From: an uncultured Gammaproteobacteria bacterium | GTDB taxonomy: Bacteria; Patescibacteriota; Patescibacteriia; UBA9934; UBA11717 | Assembly: GCA_964365275.1 (NCBI GenBank) | Contig: CAYIOW010000002.1 | Span: 1 to 49,041 of the forward strand | Length of the DNA stretch: 49,041 bases | Direction of reading: 5' to 3' | In this document: positions 18,215 to 27,553 of the stretch, in pieces | How the letters are laid out: every line of letters starts with the position of its first letter | Numbering within the stretch: the first letter of the stretch is position 1 | Notes under the pieces: generated by a model | The model's input: only the letters and a program-made list of their open reading frames with translations | Told to the model about the DNA's origin: nothing | Databases searched by the model: none | Position numbers and translations under genes: made by a program

Positions 18215-19177
18215 ATGTTCGGCTCAAAAAAACCTGAAGTAATGCCGTCAAAAATGGCCGCGCAAACAGACGCACCGACTTTGGCGAAGGCGACGAAGGA
18301 AATTGAGAGTCGTTATTCGCGCGACATTTGGCTGATTAAGCATCGCGAAGGATTCAAAAAAGCCGGTATCGCCGCGCTTATCGCCGTTGAAACGCTATTG
18401 GTTCTATACGGTATTTGGGCGTTCGCCGATTATTATTTGATTCGCTATGTTGATGAACAAAAAATGATATCGTCGTTCTTAAACGGAGATGCGTTGTCTT
18501 CATCGGTCAGGGAGCAGGCGCCGTCGGAAATTGCATTTCGCGAGCCGACCGTGCTCTCAACGGGCGCGGCTTTTGACATTCTCGCCTTTGCAAAGAATTC
18601 AAATCCGAATTTTATCGCGGAAATAACTTATCATTTTCAAATAGCCGGAAAAGCGACCGACAAAACTTCGGTTCTGCTTTTGCAGGACAGCGAAATGCCT
18701 CTTACGGCTTTCGGGATTGAAGGAGACCGGCCGAGAAACGCGGAACTGGTTGTAGACGAAATTGAATGGTCAAGAATAAATCCGAAACAGATTCCGTATC
18801 CGGTTGCATGGAAAAATGACCGGCTTGGTTTTGTTGAGAAAAATGTTTTGCATGACCCGACATTTAAAATTAGCGACAAGACCGTTGGCCGCACTACATT
18901 TGTTTTTTCAAACCCGACCGGATACGGATATAGAGAAGTTGGATTGGTTATTGTGTTAAAACGGGGTGGCGCCGTAGTCGGCGTAAACAGGACAATCGTC
19001 TCAAATATTAATCCGCTTGAAGAAAAGTTTGTGCAAGTGGACTGGTTCGGCGGTGCGCCGGCGGCTAATCAAGTGGATATTTATCCAATTGTGGATTTAT
19101 TTGACCGGGAGTCGTACCTTGAAACATCGTTTGAAACGCCGAAGGACAGGCGCGACCTTTTGGAGCGACGAAGGTAA
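18215..19177 (+). CDS. hypothetical membrane-anchored protein
   Basis: ORF 18197 opens on TTG; the first ATG is at 18215. One TM (AGIAALIAVETLLVLYGIWAFADYYLI) followed by a large extracytoplasmic part. Confidence 0.6.
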   Translation: MFGSKKPEVMPSKMAAQTDAPTLAKATKEIESRYSRDIWLIKHREGFKKAGIAALIAVETLLVLYGIWAFADYYLIRYVDEQKMISSFLNGDALSSSVREQAPSEIAFREPTVLSTGAAFDILAFAKNSNPNFIAEITYHFQIAGKATDKTSVLLLQDSEMPLTAFGIEGDRPRNAELVVDEIEWSRINPKQIPYPVAWKNDRLGFVEKNVLHDPTFKISDKTVGRTTFVFSNPTGYGYREVGLVIVLKRGGAVVGVNRTIVSNINPLEEKFVQVDWFGGAPAANQVDIYPIVDLFDRESYLETSFETPKDRRDLLERRR

Positions 19178-19178
19178 T

Positions 19179-20282
19179 ATGCGTTTCCGTTTTCTTGGCG
19201 GAGGAGACGGTTGGATGGCTCTATCTGTTTTTGTTTTACTAATGCTGGGAATGGCTGCGCTTTGGAGTATGGCATTAGGCGCCGCTTCGCCTTCAGATTT
19301 TTCTTTTTTATACAAACAGATTTTTGCCGCCGTACTTGGAATTTTTCTTGCCGTCGGAATCATGGGTTGGGACGCGCGACTTCTGAAAAGTTATGCAGGA
19401 CCTCTTTTTATAGCCGGCGCGGCGATGCTTGCGGCGGTCTTAATCTTTGGTGTTGAAAGGCGCGGTACGGTAGGGTGGTTTGATTTGGGCGCGGCGAGTT
19501 TTCAACCCGTTGAGCTCGCAAAAATCATTTTAGTTATCGTGTTGGCGGCGATTTTGTCCGCCAGAAAAGAAAAGAAAGTCGGTTGGCGCGTTTTGCTGAT
19601 TTCCGCCATTCCTGTCGTAATTTACAGTTCGCTTGTCTTTGTTCAGCCGGACTTCGGTTCGCTTGCGCTTATGCTTGCGGTTTGGGCGTTAATGCTTTTC
19701 TTTGCCGGGTTAGACAGACGACTTTGTCTCGGAATGGCAGGGGCTGGAGCGACAGCCATGCTTGCCGGATGGTTTTTGTTTTTTGAAGAATTTCAAAGGC
19801 AGAGAATCTTGACTTTTTTGAATCCGTCCGCTGACCCGCTGGGCAGTGGCTATAATGTTGCGCAGTCAAAAATCGCCGTCGGTTCCGGACGGTTGTTCGG
19901 ACGAGGGCTTGGGTTCGGTCCGCAAAGCCAGTTGAATTATCTTCCGGAAGCGAAAACCGACTTCTTGTTTGCGGCAATAGCTGAAGGTCTCGGTTTCGTT
20001 GGTGTGGTTCTTGTCGTTGCCGCATTCGCAGTGTTTTTCTGGAGAATTTATCGTCTGATTCGCGACTCACGCGATGACTATTCATCTATCCTTGCTTTTG
20101 GAATTGGCGCTTTGTTTTTTACGCAAATGACGGTGAACATCTCAATGAATCTTGGCATATTTCCGGTAACCGGTCTTCCGCTTCCGTTCGTGAGTTATGG
20201 CGGCAGCGCTCTTTTGTCGTCTTTGCTCGCCTTCGGAATTCTGCAGAGTTTGGCGCGAAACAGTTCAAATATGGTAAGCTAA
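19179..20282 (+). CDS. FtsW/RodA/SpoVE-family peptidoglycan polymerase
   Basis: The internal start MRFRFLGG lies 1 nt after the upstream stop (TAAtATG). Polytopic. Family motifs QPVELAKI, NPSADPLGSGYNVAQSKIAVGSG and PFVSYGGSA. Confidence 0.9.
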   Translation: MRFRFLGGGDGWMALSVFVLLMLGMAALWSMALGAASPSDFSFLYKQIFAAVLGIFLAVGIMGWDARLLKSYAGPLFIAGAAMLAAVLIFGVERRGTVGWFDLGAASFQPVELAKIILVIVLAAILSARKEKKVGWRVLLISAIPVVIYSSLVFVQPDFGSLALMLAVWALMLFFAGLDRRLCLGMAGAGATAMLAGWFLFFEEFQRQRILTFLNPSADPLGSGYNVAQSKIAVGSGRLFGRGLGFGPQSQLNYLPEAKTDFLFAAIAEGLGFVGVVLVVAAFAVFFWRIYRLIRDSRDDYSSILAFGIGALFFTQMTVNISMNLGIFPVTGLPLPFVSYGGSALLSSLLAFGILQSLARNSSNMVS

Positions 20283-20288
20283 CAGTAT

Positions 20289-21437
20289 ATGATGCGGTCA
20301 AATGAAATGCTGGCGCCTATAGATGCCGAACTTTCGGCGATATCGGAGTCGGAGCTTGTGCGAAAATACAAGCCGAAGTTTTTAGGAATGGGTTCCGAAC
20401 ATATTGTTTTTGAATTGGAAGGCAGACCGAATCTTGTTTTGAAAGTCAGCAAGCGCGATGTGCGCGACTCTTTGATTTATAACAGGAGGAATGGGCTCGC
20501 GCCTGACAGCAAAAGCGAACACACAACGGGCTGGATGGCGCGCGCCGTTGAGAGTGAAAGGGACGAATACGCGCTTCTGCGAAATTATTTTGGCGAAGAT
20601 ATGCTTCAGGAAGCCATAACAACAATGCCGGTTCCTGTAACGGCCGACATGCTTAAATTGTCCTCCGGTACGCATGACCCGGTGCCGGACGAAATAATGA
20701 AGTGGTTCGGGAGCGGCACTAGAGATATCAACACGATAGTTCGTGTGCAAAAGAAAGCGAAACGGGAGATGTTGGTTGAAGGAGGCGCGGCGCCGATTTT
20801 AAGCGCATACTTTGAGCTGAATCGCGAGGCGTGTCCCGATGATAAATATGTTGAAGTGTTTGGAGCGCTGATTGACGGAAACGGCGAATTTGAGCGCGAA
20901 AATATTCCTTTTATTTTCGGAGCCAGGGCGGTCAGAGAACTGTCCGGGAATATTGATGACGAAGATTTTCTTCAAATGTTGCGGACATTCGCAGAAAAGG
21001 CGCAGTTATACACCGAGATTTCAGGCAGAACATTTGACCTTGCCGGTATCAATAACGCGAATGCCTACAAGGACGAGAAGACCGGAAGGTGGAGAATGAC
21101 TCTGCTTGATATCAGAAATCCCGCAATACATACGAAGGATTTTGAAAGGGCTAAAAGGTTGTTGTACGATTTTGCGAGCAGACGGCGCGAGTTCACCGAT
21201 TACGAGGCGATTTTGTTGATGAATGTCCTCGGTTATTTGAGAGTGGTAAACGCCATTGCCGATTTAACCGGCGCAGGAGTTAATTTGCGTCTTTCGCAAG
21301 ACCGACTCGCGCATCTCGCTTTGGATATAAGAAATGCGATAATCCACGCGCTTGCCGGTTCCGAACAGGCGCCTGATGAGAAAAGAGGAGACGACGAGCG
21401 GACGATACCGATTGCGCGCGCGGCTTCCGACAAATAA
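20289..21437 (+). CDS. hypothetical protein with a protein-kinase-like N-lobe pattern
   Basis: G-rich loop LGMGSEHIVFE followed by VLKVSK. Later motifs FDLAGINNAN and LLDIRN resemble catalytic and DFG-like segments. The assignment is weak. Confidence 0.4.
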   Translation: MMRSNEMLAPIDAELSAISESELVRKYKPKFLGMGSEHIVFELEGRPNLVLKVSKRDVRDSLIYNRRNGLAPDSKSEHTTGWMARAVESERDEYALLRNYFGEDMLQEAITTMPVPVTADMLKLSSGTHDPVPDEIMKWFGSGTRDINTIVRVQKKAKREMLVEGGAAPILSAYFELNREACPDDKYVEVFGALIDGNGEFERENIPFIFGARAVRELSGNIDDEDFLQMLRTFAEKAQLYTEISGRTFDLAGINNANAYKDEKTGRWRMTLLDIRNPAIHTKDFERAKRLLYDFASRRREFTDYEAILLMNVLGYLRVVNAIADLTGAGVNLRLSQDRLAHLALDIRNAIIHALAGSEQAPDEKRGDDERTIPIARAASDK

Positions 21438-21438
21438 T

Positions 21439-21780
21439 ATGAAAGGACCGAGATTTTCTTTTATTCCAGACGGAATGAGAATGGATTTTCCATGCCCATC
21501 ATGCGAAAGACGCAGAATGGGTACGGAGATTTCCGTTTTGTCGCAAGATAAAGAAAGAACGGTAATACACATGAAATGCGGCGGGTGTTTCCGTTCTATG
21601 GTAGCGACGATTCAAGCGCGCGGACACGATGTCTTGTGTATGGCAATGCTTTCCGACTGGACTGCAAGCGAGGCAAAATCGGCGCTGAACACGCGTCTAA
21701 TTGACCCGGTTGATGTTTTAGATATACGCGAAATGCTTATTAATGATAAGTTGTTTTGCGAGTTAAAGGAGGTTTCTTGA
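21439..21780 (+). CDS. hypothetical zinc-ribbon protein (113 aa)
   Basis: Start lies 1 nt after the upstream stop (TAAtATG). Contains CPSC ... CGGC cysteine pairs. Confidence 0.5.
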   Translation: MKGPRFSFIPDGMRMDFPCPSCERRRMGTEISVLSQDKERTVIHMKCGGCFRSMVATIQARGHDVLCMAMLSDWTASEAKSALNTRLIDPVDVLDIREMLINDKLFCELKEVS

Positions 21781-21817
21781 CAAAAAGCCGGCGGCGCGGC
21801 ACAATCCCGTTACTTTT

Positions 21818-22525
21818 ATGGAAAGAATTGAAATACATGTTGGCGAGAGAACGGCCGGAAGGCCGAATGATTCGCGGACGGAAGGCATGGTCCCCGGCGT
21901 CATCTATGGTGGCGGCAGGAAGGAACCGGCAGCTTTTGCGGTGAAAGACACAGATATCGCTCGTCTGGTAAAAAAGGCGGGGGAAAGCACTTTGATTAAT
22001 CTCCATTTAGGAAATGATGTTTCTGTTGTTCTTTTGGGTGAAGTTCAAAGACATCCGGTTACCGATGAGATTATTCATATTGATTTCAGACAGGTTGATT
22101 TGAAGAAGCCGGTGAAGGCGGCCGTTGCTTTACGACTTATCGGCGAATCGCCGGCGGTGAAAAATCTCGGCGGCACCCTTGTTTTAAACGCACAACAGGT
22201 GCATGTCCGCGCCTTGCCGGAGACGCTTGTTGATTTCATTTCCATTGACATAAGCCAATTGACTGACTTTGAGAAAACGATTCATATCCGCGATTTGGTC
22301 TTACCGGAGGGAATGGAAGTTTTGGACGACGCAGCGGCCGCCATCGCGCTTGTTATGCCGCCGAAATCGGAAGAAGAACTAAAAGCCGAAGAAGCGGAAA
22401 ACGCCGCGGTTGTTGAAGCGGAAGTTATCGGCGCCAAGAAGGGAGAAGAAGGTGCGGAAACGGACAAAGAAGAGAGTGGAGATAAAAAAGATGTGAATAA
22501 GGATGAAAAGAAAGCAGTGAAATAA
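21818..22525 (+). CDS. rplY: 50S ribosomal protein L25 / Ctc
   Basis: GMVPGVIYGGG, QRHPVTDEIIHIDF, and a charged C-terminal tail. Confidence 0.85.
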   Translation: MERIEIHVGERTAGRPNDSRTEGMVPGVIYGGGRKEPAAFAVKDTDIARLVKKAGESTLINLHLGNDVSVVLLGEVQRHPVTDEIIHIDFRQVDLKKPVKAAVALRLIGESPAVKNLGGTLVLNAQQVHVRALPETLVDFISIDISQLTDFEKTIHIRDLVLPEGMEVLDDAAAAIALVMPPKSEEELKAEEAENAAVVEAEVIGAKKGEEGAETDKEESGDKKDVNKDEKKAVK

Positions 22526-22526
22526 C

Positions 22527-23672
22527 ATGCGAGACAGAATATTGCGCATTTTGGAGGGGAAAGAAGGGGAGCGCGAAAGCGCCCTCCTTTTTGGGTTCGC
22601 GGTGTTTGTCTGTGTGTTGACTGTTGTCGGATGGTGGATTTGGCTTCGTCCAATCAGCATAGTCGCGGGTGACTCGTTGCAGATTGCGTCGGAGGTCGCG
22701 TTTCGTCATCCGCTTACCGGTGAACCGTCGGATTATGAAATTGCGATGCCTGCCGTTGCCGCCGTATCTATAGACCACGCCGGAGACGCAGGTCGCACGG
22801 CCGGAATTGAAAACGCTTTTTTGGTTTTTGAATTGCCCGTTGAAGGAAATATTACGCGATTGTTGGCATTTTTTGATTTGTCAAAAGACACTCCAGAAAT
22901 CGGACCGGTGAGAAGCGCGCGAAAATATATGGTTGATTTGGCTCGGCAAGGCGATGGAATCATTTTTGCGCATGTAGGCGGGAGTCCGGAAGCGCTGGAC
23001 GATTTGAAGGCGGTGAATACTCTGAAAGATGTTAACGAGTACTTTCACGCTTCAACTTTCTGGCGTTCAAAACAACGCTCCGCTCCGCATAATGTTTTTA
23101 CTTCAACAAGCCGTTTGCGCTCGGCGTTTTCAGAAAATGGCGATAGAAGCGGTTTTATGCCGATAGCCGGTCGTTTCAAAGAAGACATGCCGCCGGTTAC
23201 CTCGTCTCGCCCGTGTTTCCTTGTAACCTTCGGTGGGGAAAATGGATACGATGTGAAATGGTGTTATCGTGACGAGACAAACGATTTCGTGCGTTCCATG
23301 AATGGCGCCGTAGAGAAGACAAAAGATGGGTACGCGCTTACGGCGTCTCAAGTGATGATAATGCAAACCAACATTGAAACTATTGATGCCGTTGGTCGTA
23401 AACAAATTAAAACAACCGGACAGAATCAGGCGATACTTCTTCAAGACGGAGTTTTCAAATATATCGGATGGGAGAAAGTGTCGCGAAGCGCGCCACTGTC
23501 TTTTCGGGATGTTTCAAAAATGGTGAAAGATGGAGCAGGCGAGCCGGTTCTACTTCGTCCCGGTGCCGTTTGGGTTGAAGTGGTGGATAGCTCTTGGCCT
23601 GTTTTGTGGTATCCGGACGATGCGTATCACGACCAAGGGACCGCGCTAGACATCACGGTATACAGCCAATAA
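22527..23672 (+). CDS. DUF3048-like membrane-anchored protein
   Basis: N-terminal TM. AVSIDHAGDAGRTAGIENAFLVFELPVEGNITRLLAFF resembles the DUF3048 signature. Confidence 0.55.
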   Translation: MRDRILRILEGKEGERESALLFGFAVFVCVLTVVGWWIWLRPISIVAGDSLQIASEVAFRHPLTGEPSDYEIAMPAVAAVSIDHAGDAGRTAGIENAFLVFELPVEGNITRLLAFFDLSKDTPEIGPVRSARKYMVDLARQGDGIIFAHVGGSPEALDDLKAVNTLKDVNEYFHASTFWRSKQRSAPHNVFTSTSRLRSAFSENGDRSGFMPIAGRFKEDMPPVTSSRPCFLVTFGGENGYDVKWCYRDETNDFVRSMNGAVEKTKDGYALTASQVMIMQTNIETIDAVGRKQIKTTGQNQAILLQDGVFKYIGWEKVSRSAPLSFRDVSKMVKDGAGEPVLLRPGAVWVEVVDSSWPVLWYPDDAYHDQGTALDITVYSQ

Positions 23673-23682
23673 TATACTCGGT

Positions 23683-24540
23683 TCAAAGTTCCATGCGAAT
23701 GACGCGGGCGTTCCCTGACAGATCGTTATATATACAGACAGATTGTGCAAATCCCTCCCCTGAATCAGGGGAGGATAGGAGGGGTACGATATCTTTTTGT
23801 CCAGGATCTATTTCACATAGTACGACAAGTTCTTTGCCAAATTCCGCTCGTCTTTCACATATCTGTTTTAGGAGAGAACGGTAAATGTCCAGTCCGTCGT
23901 TATTATCAGATACAAGCGCGAGGTGAGGCTCATAATCTTTTACTTCGTTCGGAGAAGCCGCGAGCGTTTCGTCTGTGAGATATGGGAGGTTAGCGACGAT
24001 GAGAGTACGCAATACGCCCTGAATGTCACTTTTGCGAATGCGGGAGAGAAGCGAACAGCGCCGAAAAATCACGCCAGCGCCGAGCGTCTTTGCGTTTTTC
24101 TTTGCAACACGGAGCGCTCGGCGGGAAATATCGGTGGCGATGACTCGTGCGTTGGTTTCCAGCGCGAGTGTGATTGCGAGCGCGCCCGAACCGGTTCCGA
24201 TGTCCAAGACGAGGTCAAACGGTTTTTCATTTTTCACCAGATTGACGATAACTTCAGTTTCCGGTCTTGGAATCAAAACATTTCTGTTGACAAGAAATTC
24301 TCGGCCGAGAAATTCTCGGTATTGTAAAATGTAGGCGATGGGTTCGTTTTTCTGTCGTCTTGTTGCGAATGAACGAGCGCGGATGGATTGAAAAAAAGAA
24401 ACGCGTGTTTCAGGATGCGCGAAAAGTTCTTCGCAAGTAATGTTTAAGGCGCGGCAAAGTAAAAGACGAGCGTCTTGCGCGCCGTCTCTCCGACCGTTAA
24501 GCGCTACTTCAAGTGATTTTAACAATGGTTGTCGCGTCAT
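23683..24540 (-). CDS. prmC: release-factor glutamine N5-methyltransferase
   Basis: SAM motif DIGTGSGALAITLA. The catalytic tetrapeptide reads NLPY where NPPY is usual. It lies next to prfA. Confidence 0.88.
   Translation of the reverse strand: MTRQPLLKSLEVALNGRRDGAQDARLLLCRALNITCEELFAHPETRVSFFQSIRARSFATRRQKNEPIAYILQYREFLGREFLVNRNVLIPRPETEVIVNLVKNEKPFDLVLDIGTGSGALAITLALETNARVIATDISRRALRVAKKNAKTLGAGVIFRRCSLLSRIRKSDIQGVLRTLIVANLPYLTDETLAASPNEVKDYEPHLALVSDNNDGLDIYRSLLKQICERRAEFGKELVVLCEIDPGQKDIVPLLSSPDSGEGFAQSVCIYNDLSGNARVIRMEL
23748..23789. repeat. 40-nt C/G-rich palindromic element, copy 2 (inside the prmC CDS)
   Basis: AAATCCCTCCCCTGAATCAGGGGAGGATAGGAGGGGTACGA. On the minus strand it encodes IVPLLSSPDSGEGF in PrmC. 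Confidence 0.8.
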
Positions 24541-24544
24541 GTTC

Positions 24545-25612
24545 TCAATCGGTCAACGATGCGTCGTATACCGTGCCGTTGTCGCCGCGCTCCGCTTTCT
24601 TTAGAGCCGCAACGACATCAACGAAATTTCCTTCCATAATGCCGCGGATATTCCCCCAGTTTTGAGTAATGCGATGGTCGGTAACGCGGTCTTGTGGAAA
24701 ATTATATGTGCGGATTTTTTCAGACCGTTCGCCGGTCCCGATTTGTGAAAGTCGTTTTGCGTTTTCCGCGCTTTGTTTTTCCTCGCGATGTTTTTCAAAC
24801 AATCTTGCGCGCATAACCTCCATGGCTTTTACTTTATTTTGCGACTGCGACCTTTCGTCTTGGCAGGTTACGATAAGTCCGGTTGGTTTATGGATAATTC
24901 GTATTGCGGAATATGTAGTATTCACGCTCTGACCGCCGGCGCCGGACGATGTGGTGGCTTGAATGTCCAATTCCTGCGGGTCCATTTTGAAATCATCTTC
25001 TTCAACTTTCGGCAAAACGGCAACCGTGATTGTAGAAGTGTGCACGCGTCCGGCCTTTTCCGTGATTGGAACGCGTTGTACTCTGTGCACGCCAGATTCA
25101 AAACGGAAGTTTCCGTAAGCGCCCTCTCCGTTAATTTCAAAAATAACTTCTTTGATTCCGCCAAGTTCGGCGCGACTCTGTGAAATCATTTGTGTCTTTA
25201 ATCCGAGTGTTTCGGAGAAACGCAAATATGCTCTTGCGAGCTCTTCACCAAAGAGCGCCGCTTCTTCACCTCCGGTTCCCGCGCGGATTTCAATAATTGC
25301 GTCCTTCATATCAATGGGGTCGGGAGGAACGAGCAATTCATCTAACTCCCGTTCTGCTTTTTGAAGTTCCGGCATAAGTTGCTCCAATTCGGTTTGTGCA
25401 AGAGTCGCTATTTCAGATGAAGAGTCAGAAATCATTTTGTTCGCGTCTTGAACCTCCGCGCGAAGACGCATAACTTCGTTTTCTAGCGTAACTATTGCAG
25501 ACACGCGTTTATATTCGCGCGAAAATTCCGCCATTTTTTTTCTATCCGAAAGCACGCCCGGCTCCGCAATCAGGCGTTCGAGTTCCGCTTTTCGTTGTTT
25601 TGAGTCAGACAT
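24545..25612 (-). CDS. prfA: peptide chain release factor 1
   Basis: QRVPITE (PxT-type motif), GRVHTS, SSGAGGQSVNTT (GGQ). Start is taken at MSDSKQ; the ORF extends to 25621. Confidence 0.95.
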   Translation of the reverse strand: MSDSKQRKAELERLIAEPGVLSDRKKMAEFSREYKRVSAIVTLENEVMRLRAEVQDANKMISDSSSEIATLAQTELEQLMPELQKAERELDELLVPPDPIDMKDAIIEIRAGTGGEEAALFGEELARAYLRFSETLGLKTQMISQSRAELGGIKEVIFEINGEGAYGNFRFESGVHRVQRVPITEKAGRVHTSTITVAVLPKVEEDDFKMDPQELDIQATTSSGAGGQSVNTTYSAIRIIHKPTGLIVTCQDERSQSQNKVKAMEVMRARLFEKHREEKQSAENAKRLSQIGTGERSEKIRTYNFPQDRVTDHRITQNWGNIRGIMEGNFVDVVAALKKAERGDNGTVYDASLTD

Positions 25613-25659
25613 TGGACACATAAATAAGGCGGATAGGACTTATGAATATAAACAGGATA

Positions 25660-25690
25660 ACAAAAAACTGCTTAAAGCGGCAGTTTTTGT
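25660..25690 (-). terminator. hairpin terminator between rpmE and prfA
   Basis: AAAAACTGC-N8-GCAGTTTTT, with T residues following on the minus strand. Confidence 0.5.
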
Positions 25691-25697
25691 AAAACAG

Positions 25698-25982
25698 CTA
25701 CGCCAACTTCTTCGCCTTTTCGGCGCGCTTCGCTTTTCGCACTTCGTCTTTCGCTTTCTTTGTGCGAATCGGCGCGTCTGATTTTTTCGTAATGCGCGTT
25801 TTGAATTTCTCAACTCTGCGGGCAGTGTCTAAAATTTTCTGCGTGCCGGTGAAAAACGGATGGCAACCGGAACACAGCTCGGTGTTTATTTCCTCAACCG
25901 TTGAGCCGACTTTAATGGAGTTCCCGCAAGCGCAGGAAATTTTAGCTTTTGAGTAATATTTCGGATGGATATCGGCTTTCAT
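25698..25982 (-). CDS. rpmE: 50S ribosomal protein L31 with a lysine-rich C-terminal extension
   Basis: Start at MKADIHPKYY. The CxxC...CxxC zinc motif is present (CACG, CSGCHPFFTG). The ORF track extension to 26033 was rejected. Confidence 0.9.
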   Translation of the reverse strand: MKADIHPKYYSKAKISCACGNSIKVGSTVEEINTELCSGCHPFFTGTQKILDTARRVEKFKTRITKKSDAPIRTKKAKDEVRKAKRAEKAKKLA

Positions 25983-26159
25983 ATTGGCGGGATGGTAACA
26001 GGGGAGATTGAAAGCGTCAAGCGGTGTTGACACTATTCACTATCGTTGATACTCTCCTGCCATCTTATTCACCAAACCGCTCGGGCAAAAACGAGTACGG
26101 GACCTGGCATTCCCCAAAGGGGTCTGACCCCCGTGCGCGCCGAGCTAAGAAAAAAGGTT

Positions 26160-26927
26160 ATGCAAATGCCTACATTGGAGGAGCTCTTGAGGGCGGGAGT
26201 GCATTTCGGACATCAGCAGTCGCGCTGGCATCCGAAAATGGAGCCGTTTATTTTTGGCGCAAGAAACGGTGTGCATATAATTGATTTGGAGAAAACAGTT
26301 GTTCAACTTGAAAAAGCGGCGGCGTTTTTATCCGCAACGGCGGCTAAAGGCGGAAAGGCGCTTTTTCTCGGCACAAAACCGCAGACGAAGAAATTCGTGC
26401 AAACTGCGGCGGAACGCGCCGGAATGCCGTTCGTAACCGAACGCTGGCTCGGCGGAACATTTACGAACTTTGAAGAGATTCGCAGAATGATGAAACGGCT
26501 TGCCGAATTAAAAAAACAGATTGAAACCGGAGAACTGGCGAAGAAATACACGAAGCGCGAACTGCTGGATTTCTCGCGCGAGGCGGGCGAGCTTCAGAAA
26601 AAAATCGGAGGCATTGCCGATATGATGGAACTTCCGCGGGCGATTGTGGTGTTTGATGTTCGCGGCGAACTCACCGCGATTCGTGAAGCGAAAAAGAGAA
26701 AAATTCCGGTCGTTGCCGTTTGCGACACCAATGTAAATCCAGGTCCGGTGGATTATGTTATTCCGGGGAACGACGATGCGATAAAAGCGGTAGCGCTTTT
26801 TACGAGAGTGTTAGCGGATGCCGTTCTTGAAGGAAAAAAGCAATATGTCGCGCCGGCGCCGAGCGTGCTTGCCGGCAAAACGATGAGGCGCGTTGTTCAC
26901 ACTAAACCCGCAAGTGCGGAAAAATAA
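26160..26927 (+). CDS. rpsB: 30S ribosomal protein S2
   Basis: Start MQMPTLEELLRAGVHFGHQ, preceded by AAGG. The ORF track start at 26046 would add a non-homologous 38 aa. Confidence 0.95.
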   Translation: MQMPTLEELLRAGVHFGHQQSRWHPKMEPFIFGARNGVHIIDLEKTVVQLEKAAAFLSATAAKGGKALFLGTKPQTKKFVQTAAERAGMPFVTERWLGGTFTNFEEIRRMMKRLAELKKQIETGELAKKYTKRELLDFSREAGELQKKIGGIADMMELPRAIVVFDVRGELTAIREAKKRKIPVVAVCDTNVNPGPVDYVIPGNDDAIKAVALFTRVLADAVLEGKKQYVAPAPSVLAGKTMRRVVHTKPASAEK

Positions 26928-26929
26928 AT

Positions 26930-27553
26930 ATGGCGATAGACGCGAAATTGGTTGCGGAACTTCGCAACATGACAGGCGCGGGCATGATGGACGCCAAAGC
27001 CGCTCTTGAAGAGGCGGGCGGCAATCTTGAAACGGCCGCAGATATTCTTCGCAAAAAGGGCGTTGTAAAAGCGTCAAAAAGAGCCGGACGCGCGACGGGC
27101 GAAGGATTGGTTTACAGTTATATCCATTCAACCGGAAAAATAGGCGTTCTCTTGGAACTTCAATGTGAAACTGATTTTGTTGCAAGAACCGACGACTTCA
27201 AGGAACTCGCGCACAAGCTTGCAATGCATATAGCGGCGACGAATCCGAACTATCTTGACGACGCCGGCATTCCGTTGAAGGACATTGAACACGAACGCGA
27301 GCTTGCGTCGGAAGCGTTGAAGGCGGAAGGAAAGCCGGCGGAGATGATTGAGAAAATCGTTGACGGAAAAATTGAAAAATGGAAAGGCGAGTATGTTCTA
27401 TTGCGACAGCCGTTCGTGATGGATGAAGAGAAGACGGTTGAGGCGGTTTTGCAGGATGCGATTTCAAGAATTGGCGAGAACATTCGTCTTACCAGCTTTG
27501 CCCGATTTGATATTCAGGGAAGTATGACGGCGTGTTCAACCGTAGTTGCATAA
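26930..27553 (+). CDS. tsf: elongation factor Ts (short form, 207 aa)
   Basis: LRNMTGAGMMDAKAALEEAGGNLETAADILRKKG UBA-like N-terminus; ELQCETDFVART. Confidence 0.92.
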   Translation: MAIDAKLVAELRNMTGAGMMDAKAALEEAGGNLETAADILRKKGVVKASKRAGRATGEGLVYSYIHSTGKIGVLLELQCETDFVARTDDFKELAHKLAMHIAATNPNYLDDAGIPLKDIEHERELASEALKAEGKPAEMIEKIVDGKIEKWKGEYVLLRQPFVMDEEKTVEAVLQDAISRIGENIRLTSFARFDIQGSMTACSTVVA

